DNA of 29,997 nucleotides. Origin: Candidatus Odinarchaeota archaeon. GTDB lineage: Archaea; Asgardarchaeota; Odinarchaeia; Odinarchaeales; Odinarchaeaceae. Where the stretch lies: NCBI GenBank assembly GCA_038826135.1, contig JAWBON010000008.1, positions 1-29,997 on the forward strand, written 5' to 3'. Position numbers and translations under genes: made by a program. Under the pieces are notes generated by a model, which saw only the letters and a program-made list of their open reading frames with translations, made no database searches and was not told the DNA's origin. Numbering within the stretch: position 1 is the first letter of the stretch; each line of letters opens with the position of its first letter. Positions 17,859 to 27,541 of this stretch are shown here, piece after piece.

Positions 17859-18677
17859 ATGGTATTCTTATCCGATATTATAGAGGTTGTGGAGAGATTA
17901 GCTCCTACGCAATTAGCTTTACCCGACGATGAAATTGGAATGCAGGTTGGCGATGTTAAAAGAGATGAATGGGGGAGGAAAAATATAAGAAGCGTGGTTG
18001 TAGCGTTGGACCCGTCTATAACTGTTATTCAACACGCGGTTGATGTTAAAGCCCAGCTGTTAATCACACATCACCCTATATTCCATAACAGTTTAAGCGA
18101 ACTATCCGGAGGGCTGCTTCAAAAAATAAGAGCGTTAACCTCAAACTACATTTCACTATATGTGGCTCACACCAACTGGGATTCTGCAGAGAACGGGGTT
18201 AATGATACCCTAATTGATTTACTAGGACTTGTTAAAACAGGTGTGGTTACTGTTAAAAGCAGCTCTGGGTTTGAACAACCTTTAGGCAGGCTCTGCGCCC
18301 CTACAGGTGGTTTAATGTCTCTAAAACTACTTTTAGAAATAATAAAGGATAAATTAAAGTCTCAGGTAATAACATACACTGGTGAACTTGATAGTGAGGT
18401 TAAGAAAATAATTGTTTGCAGCGGGGCTGGTGATGATATTTCTCTTCTAAGAAATGCGTGTAATATGGGTGTTGACACATACATAACCGGCTCAGCGTCA
18501 CACCACGCCCTGTTATACTCTAAAGAAAATAATTTGAAACTTGTTGCCGCCGGCCATTATGAAACAGAGAACCCTGGAATGAAACGTTTATCTCAAATAC
18601 TCCAAGTTGAATTGCCCGAGGTTAAAATCCGATTCTTCGACTCTCAACCTCCCGGATACTGCTACACCGGGGTATAG
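17859..18677 (+). CDS. Nif3/YbgI-like dinuclear metal-centre protein
   Basis: D.IGMQVG, LLITHHPIF, HTNWD, GVND, and AGHYETE. Confidence 0.9.
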   Translation: MVFLSDIIEVVERLAPTQLALPDDEIGMQVGDVKRDEWGRKNIRSVVVALDPSITVIQHAVDVKAQLLITHHPIFHNSLSELSGGLLQKIRALTSNYISLYVAHTNWDSAENGVNDTLIDLLGLVKTGVVTVKSSSGFEQPLGRLCAPTGGLMSLKLLLEIIKDKLKSQVITYTGELDSEVKKIIVCSGAGDDISLLRNACNMGVDTYITGSASHHALLYSKENNLKLVAAGHYETENPGMKRLSQILQVELPEVKIRFFDSQPPGYCYTGV

Positions 18678-18894
18678 TCAATGAATAGTTAATAGAGGGG
18701 AGATTTACTTATCTTTTACGAGAATGCTTCTCTAAAAGGGGGTGAATTAGGAAACTCTTTTAAATATGTTTTCACATCTTGTTTTAGGCGCTTAGCCTCA
18801 CCAGCTCTTTAAGCGATAAATGTTAACTTTATCCAAAGGCTGGAAACTATTATTGTAATGTTAAAATATTGAATTAAGCTTCTATGTGGTTTAA

Positions 18895-19599
18895 ATGGTT
18901 AAAATACTTAATAAAATGGCTATTATAGCAGCTGTTCTTGGCATAGTTCCTGTTGGACTGCCTTTTATAACTATAAATTTCACGAAGATAAGTACAGGTG
19001 ACACCACTATTGTATCCATATACCCTTGGGGGCTGTTAGGTGGCAGTGAAGCTGTCTTCCTGCCTATAATCAATCTAATACTTTTTATGTTACCTGTGAT
19101 CGCAGCCCCGCTTTTAGCAATTTACGGGTCGACTAAAATTGTGGGCGGTAAAACATTAATAGGCTTAGCCGGCTTTATCTCAGCCTTCGGGGTCCTACAA
19201 TGGTTTATGCAATTAGGCGCATTTATAGGTTCGGGAAGTGATATACCGTCAGACCTATCTTGGGTGGGTGGTTTAAACTTCGGATTCTATATATCAATAG
19301 CTGCTACAGTGCTTCTATTCGCTTCGATTTTCACTCATCCTAAACCTAGCTTGATCACGCCTGATCTTGAACTGCTTCAGCCGTATCAACTCGACGAAAA
19401 ACAAACATCTATAGCTGAGGGTGTTAAAGGTGAAGAATATAAGTTCTGCCAGTATTGCGGTGAGAAAATACCTTTCGAAGCGGTTTTCTGCCCTAAATGT
19501 GGTTCATCTTTAAGTGAAAGCCCCCGGGATTCAGTTGAAAGCGGAGAATACAATATTCGGATAGAGGGTGATGAGGAGAAACCATCCGATAATATTTAA
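18895..19599 (+). CDS. Four-TM membrane protein with a C-terminal zinc ribbon
   Basis: Four hydrophobic segments in the first ~150 aa, then CQYCGEKIPFEAVFCPKCG and an acidic tail. Confidence 0.75.
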   Translation: MVKILNKMAIIAAVLGIVPVGLPFITINFTKISTGDTTIVSIYPWGLLGGSEAVFLPIINLILFMLPVIAAPLLAIYGSTKIVGGKTLIGLAGFISAFGVLQWFMQLGAFIGSGSDIPSDLSWVGGLNFGFYISIAATVLLFASIFTHPKPSLITPDLELLQPYQLDEKQTSIAEGVKGEEYKFCQYCGEKIPFEAVFCPKCGSSLSESPRDSVESGEYNIRIEGDEEKPSDNI

Positions 19600-19673
19600 T
19601 TTTTTTTAAAATATAATAATACTTTTTACATTAATATGCTTCTTTTAATTTTAGAAATAATTATTTGCCTGAT

Positions 19674-19816
19674 GGACTATTTTGAGGAGGCTCCGCCTTC
19701 TTCTTTTTCAAGAAGAGGAGGCAAATCTAGAGGGGGGAGAGGGGGAGAAGCAAATTCCTGCCGGCGGAGCCTTTTCCTCACATATCCAGTTAAAGGATTA
19801 CCCCCCTGTAATTCCT
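19674..19816 (+). ncRNA. Candidate structured non-coding RNA (unassigned; strand tentative)
   Basis: GC-rich island in an AT-rich intergenic region, with a long stem (GGCTCCGCC/GGCGGAGCC plus TGAGGA/TCCTCA), an internal hairpin, a second hairpin with a CCCCCT loop, and a downstream T-run. Confidence 0.45.
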
Positions 19817-19985
19817 CCACATATTTCTAGATGCTTTTTTATTATAAATAATTATCTTTTGTAAGCGTTTACCGAGCTAAAATAACTTACTAGATTTATA
19901 AACTTTTCTCGGGGCTGCTAGCCTTTTCGCTGATTAATTTAACCCTTAATGATATTGATTCCATGTTTAACAGACGAGTGATTAC

Positions 19986-19999
19986 GAAACATAAATATA
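19986..19999 (+). promoter_or_regulatory. Putative BRE/TATA promoter for a leaderless hypC-hypD transcript
   Basis: GAAAC-ATAAATATA lies about 25-33 nt upstream of the hypC ATG, and hypC has no SD motif. Confidence 0.35.
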
Positions 20000-20023
20000 T
20001 TCAATTTATTAACCTTTAATATT

Positions 20024-20245
20024 ATGTGTCTTGCTATACCCGGTAGGATTCTGGAAGTAAACGGTGATATTGCTAAAACAGACTTCGGTGAGGGTACGAC
20101 TAGGAACGTGAATATTTCACTAGTTAAAGCAAAAAAAGGTGATTATATTATAGTACACGCAGGGTTTGCAATTCAAATTTTAGATGAAAAAGAGGCTAGG
20201 AAGACCATTAAAATGTTTAAAGAGTTGTTAAAAGCTGAGTTATAG
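20024..20245 (+). CDS. hypC: Hydrogenase maturation chaperone HypC
   Basis: MCLAIPG N-terminus and GDYIIVHAGFAI. Confidence 0.95.
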   Translation: MCLAIPGRILEVNGDIAKTDFGEGTTRNVNISLVKAKKGDYIIVHAGFAIQILDEKEARKTIKMFKELLKAEL

Positions 20246-20246
20246 A

Positions 20247-21368
20247 TTGGTGAATTATTCAATGTTTAAATTCAAAGATAATCAGCTTGCCGCTCGGATT
20301 ATAGCGAAACTTAAAAAAATGAATTTAAGCATTCGCTTAATGCATGCTTGTGGAACACATCAAGACACTCTTATTAAATCCGGTTTAAACAGTATCTTCA
20401 AAGAGCTTGGTGTTGAGATAAGGCAGGGTCCGGGATGTCCAATTTGTGTAACACCGTCTGATGAAATAGAGGAGGCTATAGTATTGGCTGAGCACGGTGT
20501 TAAACTAGCAGTCTTCGGGGACGCGATGCGTGTGACAGGCTTCTCGAAATCGCTTTACGATGTGAGAGCTGAAGGGGCTGATGTTAATATAGTGTATAGT
20601 ATAAGTGACGCGGTTAAACTTGCTGAAACCCACCCTGATAAAAACATTGTATTCTTAGCTATCGGTTTTGAGACAACAGCTCCCGCTACCGCTTCAACAC
20701 TACTTCATGGGGTGCCTGAAAACTTCTATGTTTTATCCAGTCATAGGTATTTTCCACCCGCCCTAGATGTTTTACTATCTTTAGGTGAGATTAGATTAGA
20801 TGGTTTAATTCAACCAGGTCATGTAAGTGTTATAACAGGCTTGTCACCATACTATGAGCTGCTGAAAAAGTATAATATACCTCAAGTTATAGCCGGTTTC
20901 GAGCCTTTAGATCTACTGTTAGCTGTTTACTCCCTAAGCCAGCAGATTACAGCTAAGTCACCTCGGGTTGAAAATGAATATACGCGGGCGGTTAGTGAGG
21001 AAGGGAATGTTTTAGCTCAAAAATATTTGAGGCAAGTATTTGAACCCCGCGATGTTGTTTGGCGCGGTTTTCCTCTTATACGAGCCTCCGGTATGTGTTT
21101 AAAAAAAGAGTTCAGTTCTCATGATGCTCGAATATTTTTCGAGGATATTATTACAGAAGCGTCTGTGAAGCATTATGAGGAGCCTAAAGGATGTAGGTGT
21201 AATGAAATTCTAAGAGGACTTGTGGACTCGTTTGATTGCCCGCTTTTCGGTAATAAATGTACACCGGATCACCCTGTCGGGCCGTGTATGGTCTCAATTG
21301 AAGGAAACTGTAATATTAATTATAGATATACTGGTGGGAAGCGGGCTAAGAATTTTAACAGATTCTAG
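20247..21368 (+). CDS. hypD: Hydrogenase maturation protein HypD
   Basis: CGTH, GPGCPIC, GFETT, PGHVS, and C-terminal Fe-S cysteines (CRC...CPLFG..CTP..PVGPCMVS.EG.C). The likely start is the ATG at 20262 after GGTGA. Confidence 0.95.
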   Translation: MVNYSMFKFKDNQLAARIIAKLKKMNLSIRLMHACGTHQDTLIKSGLNSIFKELGVEIRQGPGCPICVTPSDEIEEAIVLAEHGVKLAVFGDAMRVTGFSKSLYDVRAEGADVNIVYSISDAVKLAETHPDKNIVFLAIGFETTAPATASTLLHGVPENFYVLSSHRYFPPALDVLLSLGEIRLDGLIQPGHVSVITGLSPYYELLKKYNIPQVIAGFEPLDLLLAVYSLSQQITAKSPRVENEYTRAVSEEGNVLAQKYLRQVFEPRDVVWRGFPLIRASGMCLKKEFSSHDARIFFEDIITEASVKHYEEPKGCRCNEILRGLVDSFDCPLFGNKCTPDHPVGPCMVSIEGNCNINYRYTGGKRAKNFNRF

Positions 21369-22416
21369 GAACGGGATCCCCTAATGGTGGGGGAATAACC
21401 CTCCTCCCTCCAAGTTCTGTTTCGAGTACAACACCCTGAACCTGCCGGGTAGCCTCCCCTATTATCTCAGCGTCTCGACCATACTTGTTTCTTCTTATAG
21501 CTGTTAATACGTCTTCAGCTTTCTCCTTGACGGTGGCGATGATCATCTTACCTTCGTTACCTATCTCCAGCGGGTCTATTCCAAGCATGTCGCAAGCCGC
21601 TTTCACACTGTCTCTGATAGGGATCTTCTCCTCATAGACTTTTATTCCTATTTTAGATTTTTCAGCCCATTCATTAAGAAGGTTCGCCAGCCCTCCTCTG
21701 GTAGGATCCTTCATAGCTACCACGCCTCCGGCTTTAAGCGCGTTTTCAACAAGTTTATTGAGCGGGGCGGTATCTGATTTCACACTGCTTTCAAACCCGT
21801 ATCCCTCCCTGAATGATAATAAGGCTACACCGTGGTCTCCGATATATCCGGATGAGATTATTAAATCACCATCTCTAATATTTGAGTCAAGCAGCCATCT
21901 TGAAGTGAATTCCCTTGAGGAGCGGACAATTTCTATATTACTCTCCAAGTATCTGCTTCTTTTACCTATCCCGGCGATGTTTACGACAAACTTGTCTAAA
22001 CCGCCTTTTTCAATAACCTTAGTGTCACCTGTTACAACGTATACGCCGGCTTCCTCGCATGTCTCTTTAATACTATCAACTATTTTATCAAAATCCGATA
22101 AAGGTAGACCCTCCTCTATAATAAAGCCTGCAGCTAAGGCTGTAGGCTCGCCTCCTAGAGCTGATATGTCATTAACTGTTCCGCTTACAGCGAGGCGTCC
22201 TAAATCGCCTCCTGGAAAGAATATCGGTTTAACAGTGTGATTATCCGATTTTAAGATAACCCCGTCAACAACCGCGGCATCGTCTAAAAATTCAAGCGGG
22301 ACTTCCACTCCGCTTCCTCCGAGTTTATTAACGATGTGTTTTTTAATAAACTCCTGCATGATGCTTCCGCCGGCTCCATGCGCCATCATTACATGATCCA
22401 TAGAATCACCTTTCAA
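21355..22416 (-). CDS. hypE: Hydrogenase maturation protein HypE
   Basis: MAHGAGG, DDAA, GTVNDIS, GDTKV, MKDPTRGGL, NEGK, and a C-terminal PRIC. The likely start is the ATG at 22401 after GGTGAT. Confidence 0.95.
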   Translation of the reverse strand: MKGDSMDHVMMAHGAGGSIMQEFIKKHIVNKLGGSGVEVPLEFLDDAAVVDGVILKSDNHTVKPIFFPGGDLGRLAVSGTVNDISALGGEPTALAAGFIIEEGLPLSDFDKIVDSIKETCEEAGVYVVTGDTKVIEKGGLDKFVVNIAGIGKRSRYLESNIEIVRSSREFTSRWLLDSNIRDGDLIISSGYIGDHGVALLSFREGYGFESSVKSDTAPLNKLVENALKAGGVVAMKDPTRGGLANLLNEWAEKSKIGIKVYEEKIPIRDSVKAACDMLGIDPLEIGNEGKMIIATVKEKAEDVLTAIRRNKYGRDAEIIGEATRQVQGVVLETELGGRRVIPPPLGDPVPRIC

Positions 22417-22568
22417 ATATTAAGATTATAAACATGTTTTTCACTTTACGCATCATAAAATTTCACTTTCACTGTACCTGTTTACAGCTTTAAATACATG
22501 CACACTGTATCGCTAATATTCTTTTATAAAAAAACAATTTTATATTTTAAAGAAGTGATATTATTTTT

Positions 22569-23738
22569 ATGGTTAATGGGTTTAAATGTCTCCTTATTTT
22601 TTTACCGATAATGTTTTTAACTATATTCCCATTTCCTTCAATTCAACAGCCATCGGATTCCTCTGAGGGTGCTGTTATACGCTATTATGATGTCAATTAC
22701 ATTGTTACCTTCAATATAACGTTTATTAATGGGGGTTCTTCTCCTATAAGCGGCCTTGAAATATGGGTGAGTGTGATTGGTAATAGGACTGGTGGCGGGC
22801 GATACGACACCCCTGTTCAGAACTCGTATATAATTAGTATAACACCGCCTCCTGTAGCTACTCTCCGCGATGTTAATAATCTTGATAATGAAATTCTTTA
22901 TTTCAACACTTCCATACCAGCTAACTCAACCTATATGATAAGTATGATTTACAATATTTCCTCATTTGAAAAAGCATGGCTTATTAACCCTTCCTTAATT
23001 GAAAACTATAATACTACTAGTGAAATATATTTGAACTATACTAAACCTGAAAATCTTATCGAATCTGATAATCCGTTGATTATAAGTTTTGCACATCAAC
23101 TCGCAGGTGACTTGGAAAATCCGCTTCTGGTTGTTCAGAAATTTTATGAATGGGTTTCTTCAAATATTCAATACCAGGTTCAAACCGTTGAGAGAGGGGC
23201 GCTTTGGGCTCTGGAAAATATGGTAGGAGACTGTTCAGAGTATAGTGATCTATTCATCGCTTTGTGCAGGGCTTACGGTATTCCTGCTAGGAAAGTTTTA
23301 GGTTGGGCTTTCTCAGATCCTGTTAACTATATGGCTCTGGGTAGCTATCAATATCATAATTATTCAGCTCACGCTTGGGTGGAGGTGTATTTTGAAGAAT
23401 ACGGTTGGATAGCCTTCGACCCTACTTGGGGAAATTCAGGCTACTATTATTCTGGGAGGATGGATCCATTCCACTTAGTTACTATAGTAGGTCAGAATGT
23501 TTCAACCACAGATTTTGAAGCCATTGAGTTTAGTTTCATAGGCTACCGGGTAAGCGGCACAGGTGATCTTTCCTATAGTACTGAGATAAGTTTAGATATT
23601 ATCAAAATATCCTCTATTACTGCATCTTACAGTGTTGAATTTGCTTCTCTGGTGATAGTGGTGTTGACTGTTATATTACTCGTTGCAGGGGTTGTTTCAA
23701 AGCGAACTTTTAAAAAAAGTTTAAGCTCTGTTAAATAG
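22569..23738 (+). CDS. Secreted, membrane-anchored transglutaminase-like protein
   Basis: Signal peptide, Cys-His-Asp triad (GDCSEYS, HAWVEVY, FDPTW), many N-x-S/T sequons, and a C-terminal TM helix with a basic tail. Confidence 0.88.
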   Translation: MVNGFKCLLIFLPIMFLTIFPFPSIQQPSDSSEGAVIRYYDVNYIVTFNITFINGGSSPISGLEIWVSVIGNRTGGGRYDTPVQNSYIISITPPPVATLRDVNNLDNEILYFNTSIPANSTYMISMIYNISSFEKAWLINPSLIENYNTTSEIYLNYTKPENLIESDNPLIISFAHQLAGDLENPLLVVQKFYEWVSSNIQYQVQTVERGALWALENMVGDCSEYSDLFIALCRAYGIPARKVLGWAFSDPVNYMALGSYQYHNYSAHAWVEVYFEEYGWIAFDPTWGNSGYYYSGRMDPFHLVTIVGQNVSTTDFEAIEFSFIGYRVSGTGDLSYSTEISLDIIKISSITASYSVEFASLVIVVLTVILLVAGVVSKRTFKKSLSSVK

Positions 23739-23745
23739 TTCTAGG

Positions 23746-24651
23746 CTATTTATAGTAGGGTTCTCTTAATCTAATCGCGCTTCTGAATATTTCTAGAAGT
23801 TCCTGCTCACCAGCCCCTCTTCTAAGCGGCGTTAATATATCTTGAAGGTTGTCGTCTCTCATAAGACAAGGCTTCAAGTAACCGTTACTTGTCACTCTTA
23901 GCCGTGTACAGTTAGAGCAAAACTCACTGTTATGGACAGGTCTTACAACTTCAACCTCACCGTTAGGATGTAAATAGTATTTTCTCCGTTTCTGCATTTC
24001 TCTTTCAACAATCCGGGTGGATGTTTTTTGCAGTTTTTCTTCGATGTTTTTCAAATCCACATGGTATTCTTCATACAATCTGCCTAGGGGGATTAACTCT
24101 ATTATCTGTAAAACTACGCGGGTTTCCTGAGCCCATTTAATCATTGAATCAATTTCATCACTGTTTACATCTTTTAATATGACCATGTTAATTTTAACAG
24201 GGTTAAGACCAACCTGGATTGCTCTCTCTATTCCTTTCAGAACTTTATCTAAAGCGTCTACGCCGGTTATATCTTTATATTTATCATAATTGACTGTGTC
24301 TAAACTTACATTCACTCTGTCCAAGCCGGCTTTTTTTATTTCCGAAGCTTTCTGGTTTAATAGGGTTCCATTAGTTGTCATTGAGACCTCTGTTATGCCT
24401 TTAACATGCTTGATTTTTCTTATGATTTCGGCTATGTCGGGTCTAAGAAGAGGCTCACCGCCGGTGATTTTAATTTTTCTGACTCCAAGCTTAGCGCCTA
24501 AACTTGTGATTTTAGCTATTTCATCAGGAGTCATATACTCTTTCTTAATATCTCTCTCCCCTTCATGATGACAATACTGGCATCTTAGGTTGCAGCGCTG
24601 AGTGACGGATATTCGAAGATTTGTTACATCTCTTCCGAAGGAATCTTTTAT
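23746..24651 (-). CDS. moaA: GTP 3',8-cyclase MoaA (radical SAM); probable ATA start
   Basis: The frame extends upstream of the 24534 ATG through KDSFGRDVTNLRISVTQRCNLRCQYCHHEG. Also present: ITGGEPLLR, SLDT, and C-terminal CSNCTRLR...KPCL. An in-frame TAA sits at 24664-24666. Confidence 0.9.
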   Translation of the reverse strand: MKDSFGRDVTNLRISVTQRCNLRCQYCHHEGERDIKKEYMTPDEIAKITSLGAKLGVRKIKITGGEPLLRPDIAEIIRKIKHVKGITEVSMTTNGTLLNQKASEIKKAGLDRVNVSLDTVNYDKYKDITGVDALDKVLKGIERAIQVGLNPVKINMVILKDVNSDEIDSMIKWAQETRVVLQIIELIPLGRLYEEYHVDLKNIEEKLQKTSTRIVEREMQKRRKYYLHPNGEVEVVRPVHNSEFCSNCTRLRVTSNGYLKPCLMRDDNLQDILTPLRRGAGEQELLEIFRSAIRLREPYYK

Positions 24652-24844
24652 GTTTATTCCCCCTTATTACTACTCACCGTCGTGTAGTAGGCTTTTATAG
24701 TTTATTAGTTGAATCCTGTTTAGTTACTCGGATGTTTATTCAATTCTATATTTTAGACTTGTGAGGTTTGATTTTTATCTGTTGAATATTTACTCATAAT
24801 TTAGTAGCTACTTTTATATATTTAATCCGTTAGGAATCTAAACC

Positions 24845-25450
24845 ATGTCTTCATTAAACCAGAAGAACATCGCTGTTAAAACAGCAGGAGGAGCTGTTTT
24901 CTCAGCGATATCAATAGGCTTCGCAGTCTCCCTGTCACCTATTGTCCCCAGAATACCAGGCTGGGGTATAGCGATTATAGACCCTGTCTCTATAATCTGG
25001 GTTCTATGCTTCCTAATATTTGGCGTATTTGCAGGTTTAATATGCGCGCTTGCAGGTTTCACAGCGCTTTTCTATGTTGATCCGTTTATTCCATGGGGGC
25101 CCCTCTTCAAATTAGCCGCCACCCTCCCGTTGATTATTATCCCATATATTTTAGTGAAATATTTTAGAAATCAGAGTTTTCAAAAACTTGGTTTAAAGTT
25201 TGAGAAACCCTCAACTTATCTAATGGCAGGACTGCCCGCGGTGGCTGTAAGATGCGCGATCATGGGTGTATTTAATATTCTATTTTTTATGTTTATTTTA
25301 GGTGAGGGTGCTATAACAGCTGTAGGCGGGTTGCAAACGGTACTTATTATAGCGATTGCTATAAACGCGGAGCAGAGTTTTTGGGATCTGGGTTTACCGT
25401 GGCTTATAACTTATCCGACAGGCATATATAGAATCTACAAATTATGGTAG
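24845..25450 (+). CDS. Integral membrane protein, probable ECF transporter S-component
   Basis: About six TM helices, an N-terminal A..A.FSAI helix, and ID-P..I...L.FG...G.I motifs typical of S-components. The substrate is unknown. Confidence 0.6.
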   Translation: MSSLNQKNIAVKTAGGAVFSAISIGFAVSLSPIVPRIPGWGIAIIDPVSIIWVLCFLIFGVFAGLICALAGFTALFYVDPFIPWGPLFKLAATLPLIIIPYILVKYFRNQSFQKLGLKFEKPSTYLMAGLPAVAVRCAIMGVFNILFFMFILGEGAITAVGGLQTVLIIAIAINAEQSFWDLGLPWLITYPTGIYRIYKLW

Positions 25451-25604
25451 AAATACCGTTTTCACAAGAAGTATCTGCAATAAAATTAAAATTTATAGTT
25501 TTTTATTTCAGAAAATTTTATTAAAGCTGATTCACTAGGTAAAATTGATAATTCTATTACACCTTTACAGGCTAATATTTATGGTAAAATCTTAGGTTGT
25601 GTAA

Positions 25605-27500
25605 TTGATGAGTGTCAGCTCATTAGTATTCGACTCTAACTTTTTTATAACAGGGTTTAAAGACAACCCTGAAGCTTTAGAGAGTTTTAAACTAATATGT
25701 GAAAAACACGGTTACCAGATATATACTTCTCTTAAAGTGTTTCAAGAATTGGATTGGCGTATCCGGCGCAGCCTCCTAAATAAGATGAAAGTTATAAGTA
25801 TTGATAAAAAAGAAGTGGATGAGTTTATAAATAAGAATAAGGATAAACTTTACATTCCACCCCAGCGTCCGGACATAACCTTACTGATTCTTGTCAACAG
25901 ATTGAATGGCGCTGTATTAGTGTCCAGTGATTTGAACCTTGTTCAAACCGTTAACCTGCTTAATAATAACAGTAATAGAGCGATTATGGGGAGCGCGTTT
26001 CTTCTTAAAATGATGGAGGAGGAAACTGATGGTAAACTGAAATATCAATTATGGCAGCTTAGAGAGAAAATCTATAATGAAGAGATAAGGTACAGTATAC
26101 AGAGACGCGCTTTTTATGATCCTGTAACGCGTATTAAACTCATAGAGCAACAGTCTCTTGATATTATAAAGAACCTATCCCCTGTTGAGAACTATGAGTG
26201 GTCGACTCCGGAAATCAACCAACTTATAGAGCTTCTTAACAATCTTAAAGAAGACTACGCTCGCTTCATAGACGAGATCGCGGAGGGGAAGTATGAATCC
26301 CTCATAAACTCTTTTAACAATATTAGAAGAGAGATCTATAATACTCTGCTGCTTTTAAACTGGCAAATAGAGAGGGTTGAAGGCGAGAAGCTGATGAGGG
26401 TTGTAGCCCCGGAGCTTGCTTTACTAAATTATTTAACCGCTATCTGCTATATTTATCTAGGAACTAAAGAGAACCTGTATAATGCTTTTAAAAGATTGGA
26501 GAGCGCAAGCGGTATACTGATGCTCAGCCCGATACCATCAAAATTATATAAGACTCTGATGATCTCAATCCATCAGCTTCGAATGATAGTATTGATACTT
26601 TTAAAACGGTATGATGAAGCTATATTTTATTTCTCATTATTTGAGAGAAAATGTGATGAGTGGGGGTTCCATAAACAATACGAGTTCTCTAAAGGCATAT
26701 ACTACGCTCTTATAAATTTGAACGGCGGGCAGCTTATAGATAAAATTTCAGATACAAAATACGTTAAACCTGCTTTAAGATTCCTATTAGACTTGGCGCA
26801 TCACTTATTTACATTAAACCAGGTTAACGAGATGAAAATTATTCTGAACCAAGCGTTCATATTAAACACGGAGTTAAAGGATGAAAAACATTTTCAAGAA
26901 ATAGTGAATCTTGCTCTATTATTATATTACTCCACTGACAGGACTGACATTCTACTTGATTTGATAAAATTTACTGAAGCGGCTACAAAAATCTTAGCGC
27001 CCACTAAACCGATTGAACATTTCGAACTTATTTTAGACGAGATCCGGTATAGAAAGATTCCTTTACTACCGGAAGTTTCTAACAGGGCTGTTCAGATGAG
27101 CAGTCTACCCGCGCCATTCTTAGAGTGGATGACAATATATAAAATAACTGACATAAATCCTAAAGATGGAAAAGTAAATATTCTTTGCAGAAACTGGAAG
27201 CTGGGAATAAACATTTCCATAAACATATCTGAGGATAGTTTAACCCGCCCTCTAAATCAAGGTGATAGTCTAAGGATAGGCGAAGGCTTCTATAAGATTT
27301 TTAAGAGCAAAAAAGAAATAAACCAGAGGTTTAATACATCATTAGAAATAATACCGGATAAAAATAATTCTAAACTTTACATTCAGGGTTCACAGGGATT
27401 TAAATGCATAGACTTGTGCGGTAGCTCAATACTGGAATTAAGCACGTCTCCTGGGCGTAAAGGTATTACCGGTGTAATAAAGAGTAAATTACATTTATGA
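25605..27500 (+). CDS. PIN-domain protein with helical/TPR-like middle region and beta-rich C-terminus
   Basis: The N-terminal ~130 aa carry the four PIN acidic positions (VFDSN, VFQEL, RPDITL, SSDLNL). TPR-like helices follow (NYLTAICYIYLG; LLKRYDEAIFYF). Confidence 0.7.
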   Translation: MMSVSSLVFDSNFFITGFKDNPEALESFKLICEKHGYQIYTSLKVFQELDWRIRRSLLNKMKVISIDKKEVDEFINKNKDKLYIPPQRPDITLLILVNRLNGAVLVSSDLNLVQTVNLLNNNSNRAIMGSAFLLKMMEEETDGKLKYQLWQLREKIYNEEIRYSIQRRAFYDPVTRIKLIEQQSLDIIKNLSPVENYEWSTPEINQLIELLNNLKEDYARFIDEIAEGKYESLINSFNNIRREIYNTLLLLNWQIERVEGEKLMRVVAPELALLNYLTAICYIYLGTKENLYNAFKRLESASGILMLSPIPSKLYKTLMISIHQLRMIVLILLKRYDEAIFYFSLFERKCDEWGFHKQYEFSKGIYYALINLNGGQLIDKISDTKYVKPALRFLLDLAHHLFTLNQVNEMKIILNQAFILNTELKDEKHFQEIVNLALLLYYSTDRTDILLDLIKFTEAATKILAPTKPIEHFELILDEIRYRKIPLLPEVSNRAVQMSSLPAPFLEWMTIYKITDINPKDGKVNILCRNWKLGINISINISEDSLTRPLNQGDSLRIGEGFYKIFKSKKEINQRFNTSLEIIPDKNNSKLYIQGSQGFKCIDLCGSSILELSTSPGRKGITGVIKSKLHL

Positions 27501-27541
27501 TCACTGCGCTAAGCATATACGTCTGAAAACTAATCTGCAGG

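Noticed and set aside
18678-18894. Short hairpins in the nif3-membrane protein intergenic region
   Set aside because: The stems are short, rich in G-U and A-U pairs, and consistent with terminator or promoter sequence or chance.
19674-19800. GAGGAGGCTCCGCC resembles RNase P RNA CR-I, and GGAGAAGCAA loosely resembles SRP/RNase P motifs
   Set aside because: There is no P1-P3 region upstream, no CR-IV/CR-V or SRP helix-8 signature, and the element is too short. It is kept as an unassigned RNA candidate instead.
27497-27526. ATGATCA...CTGA, resembling C/D boxes, before tRNA-Ser
   Set aside because: It spans only ~30 nt, box C is imperfect, and there is no room for guide sequences or C'/D' boxes.
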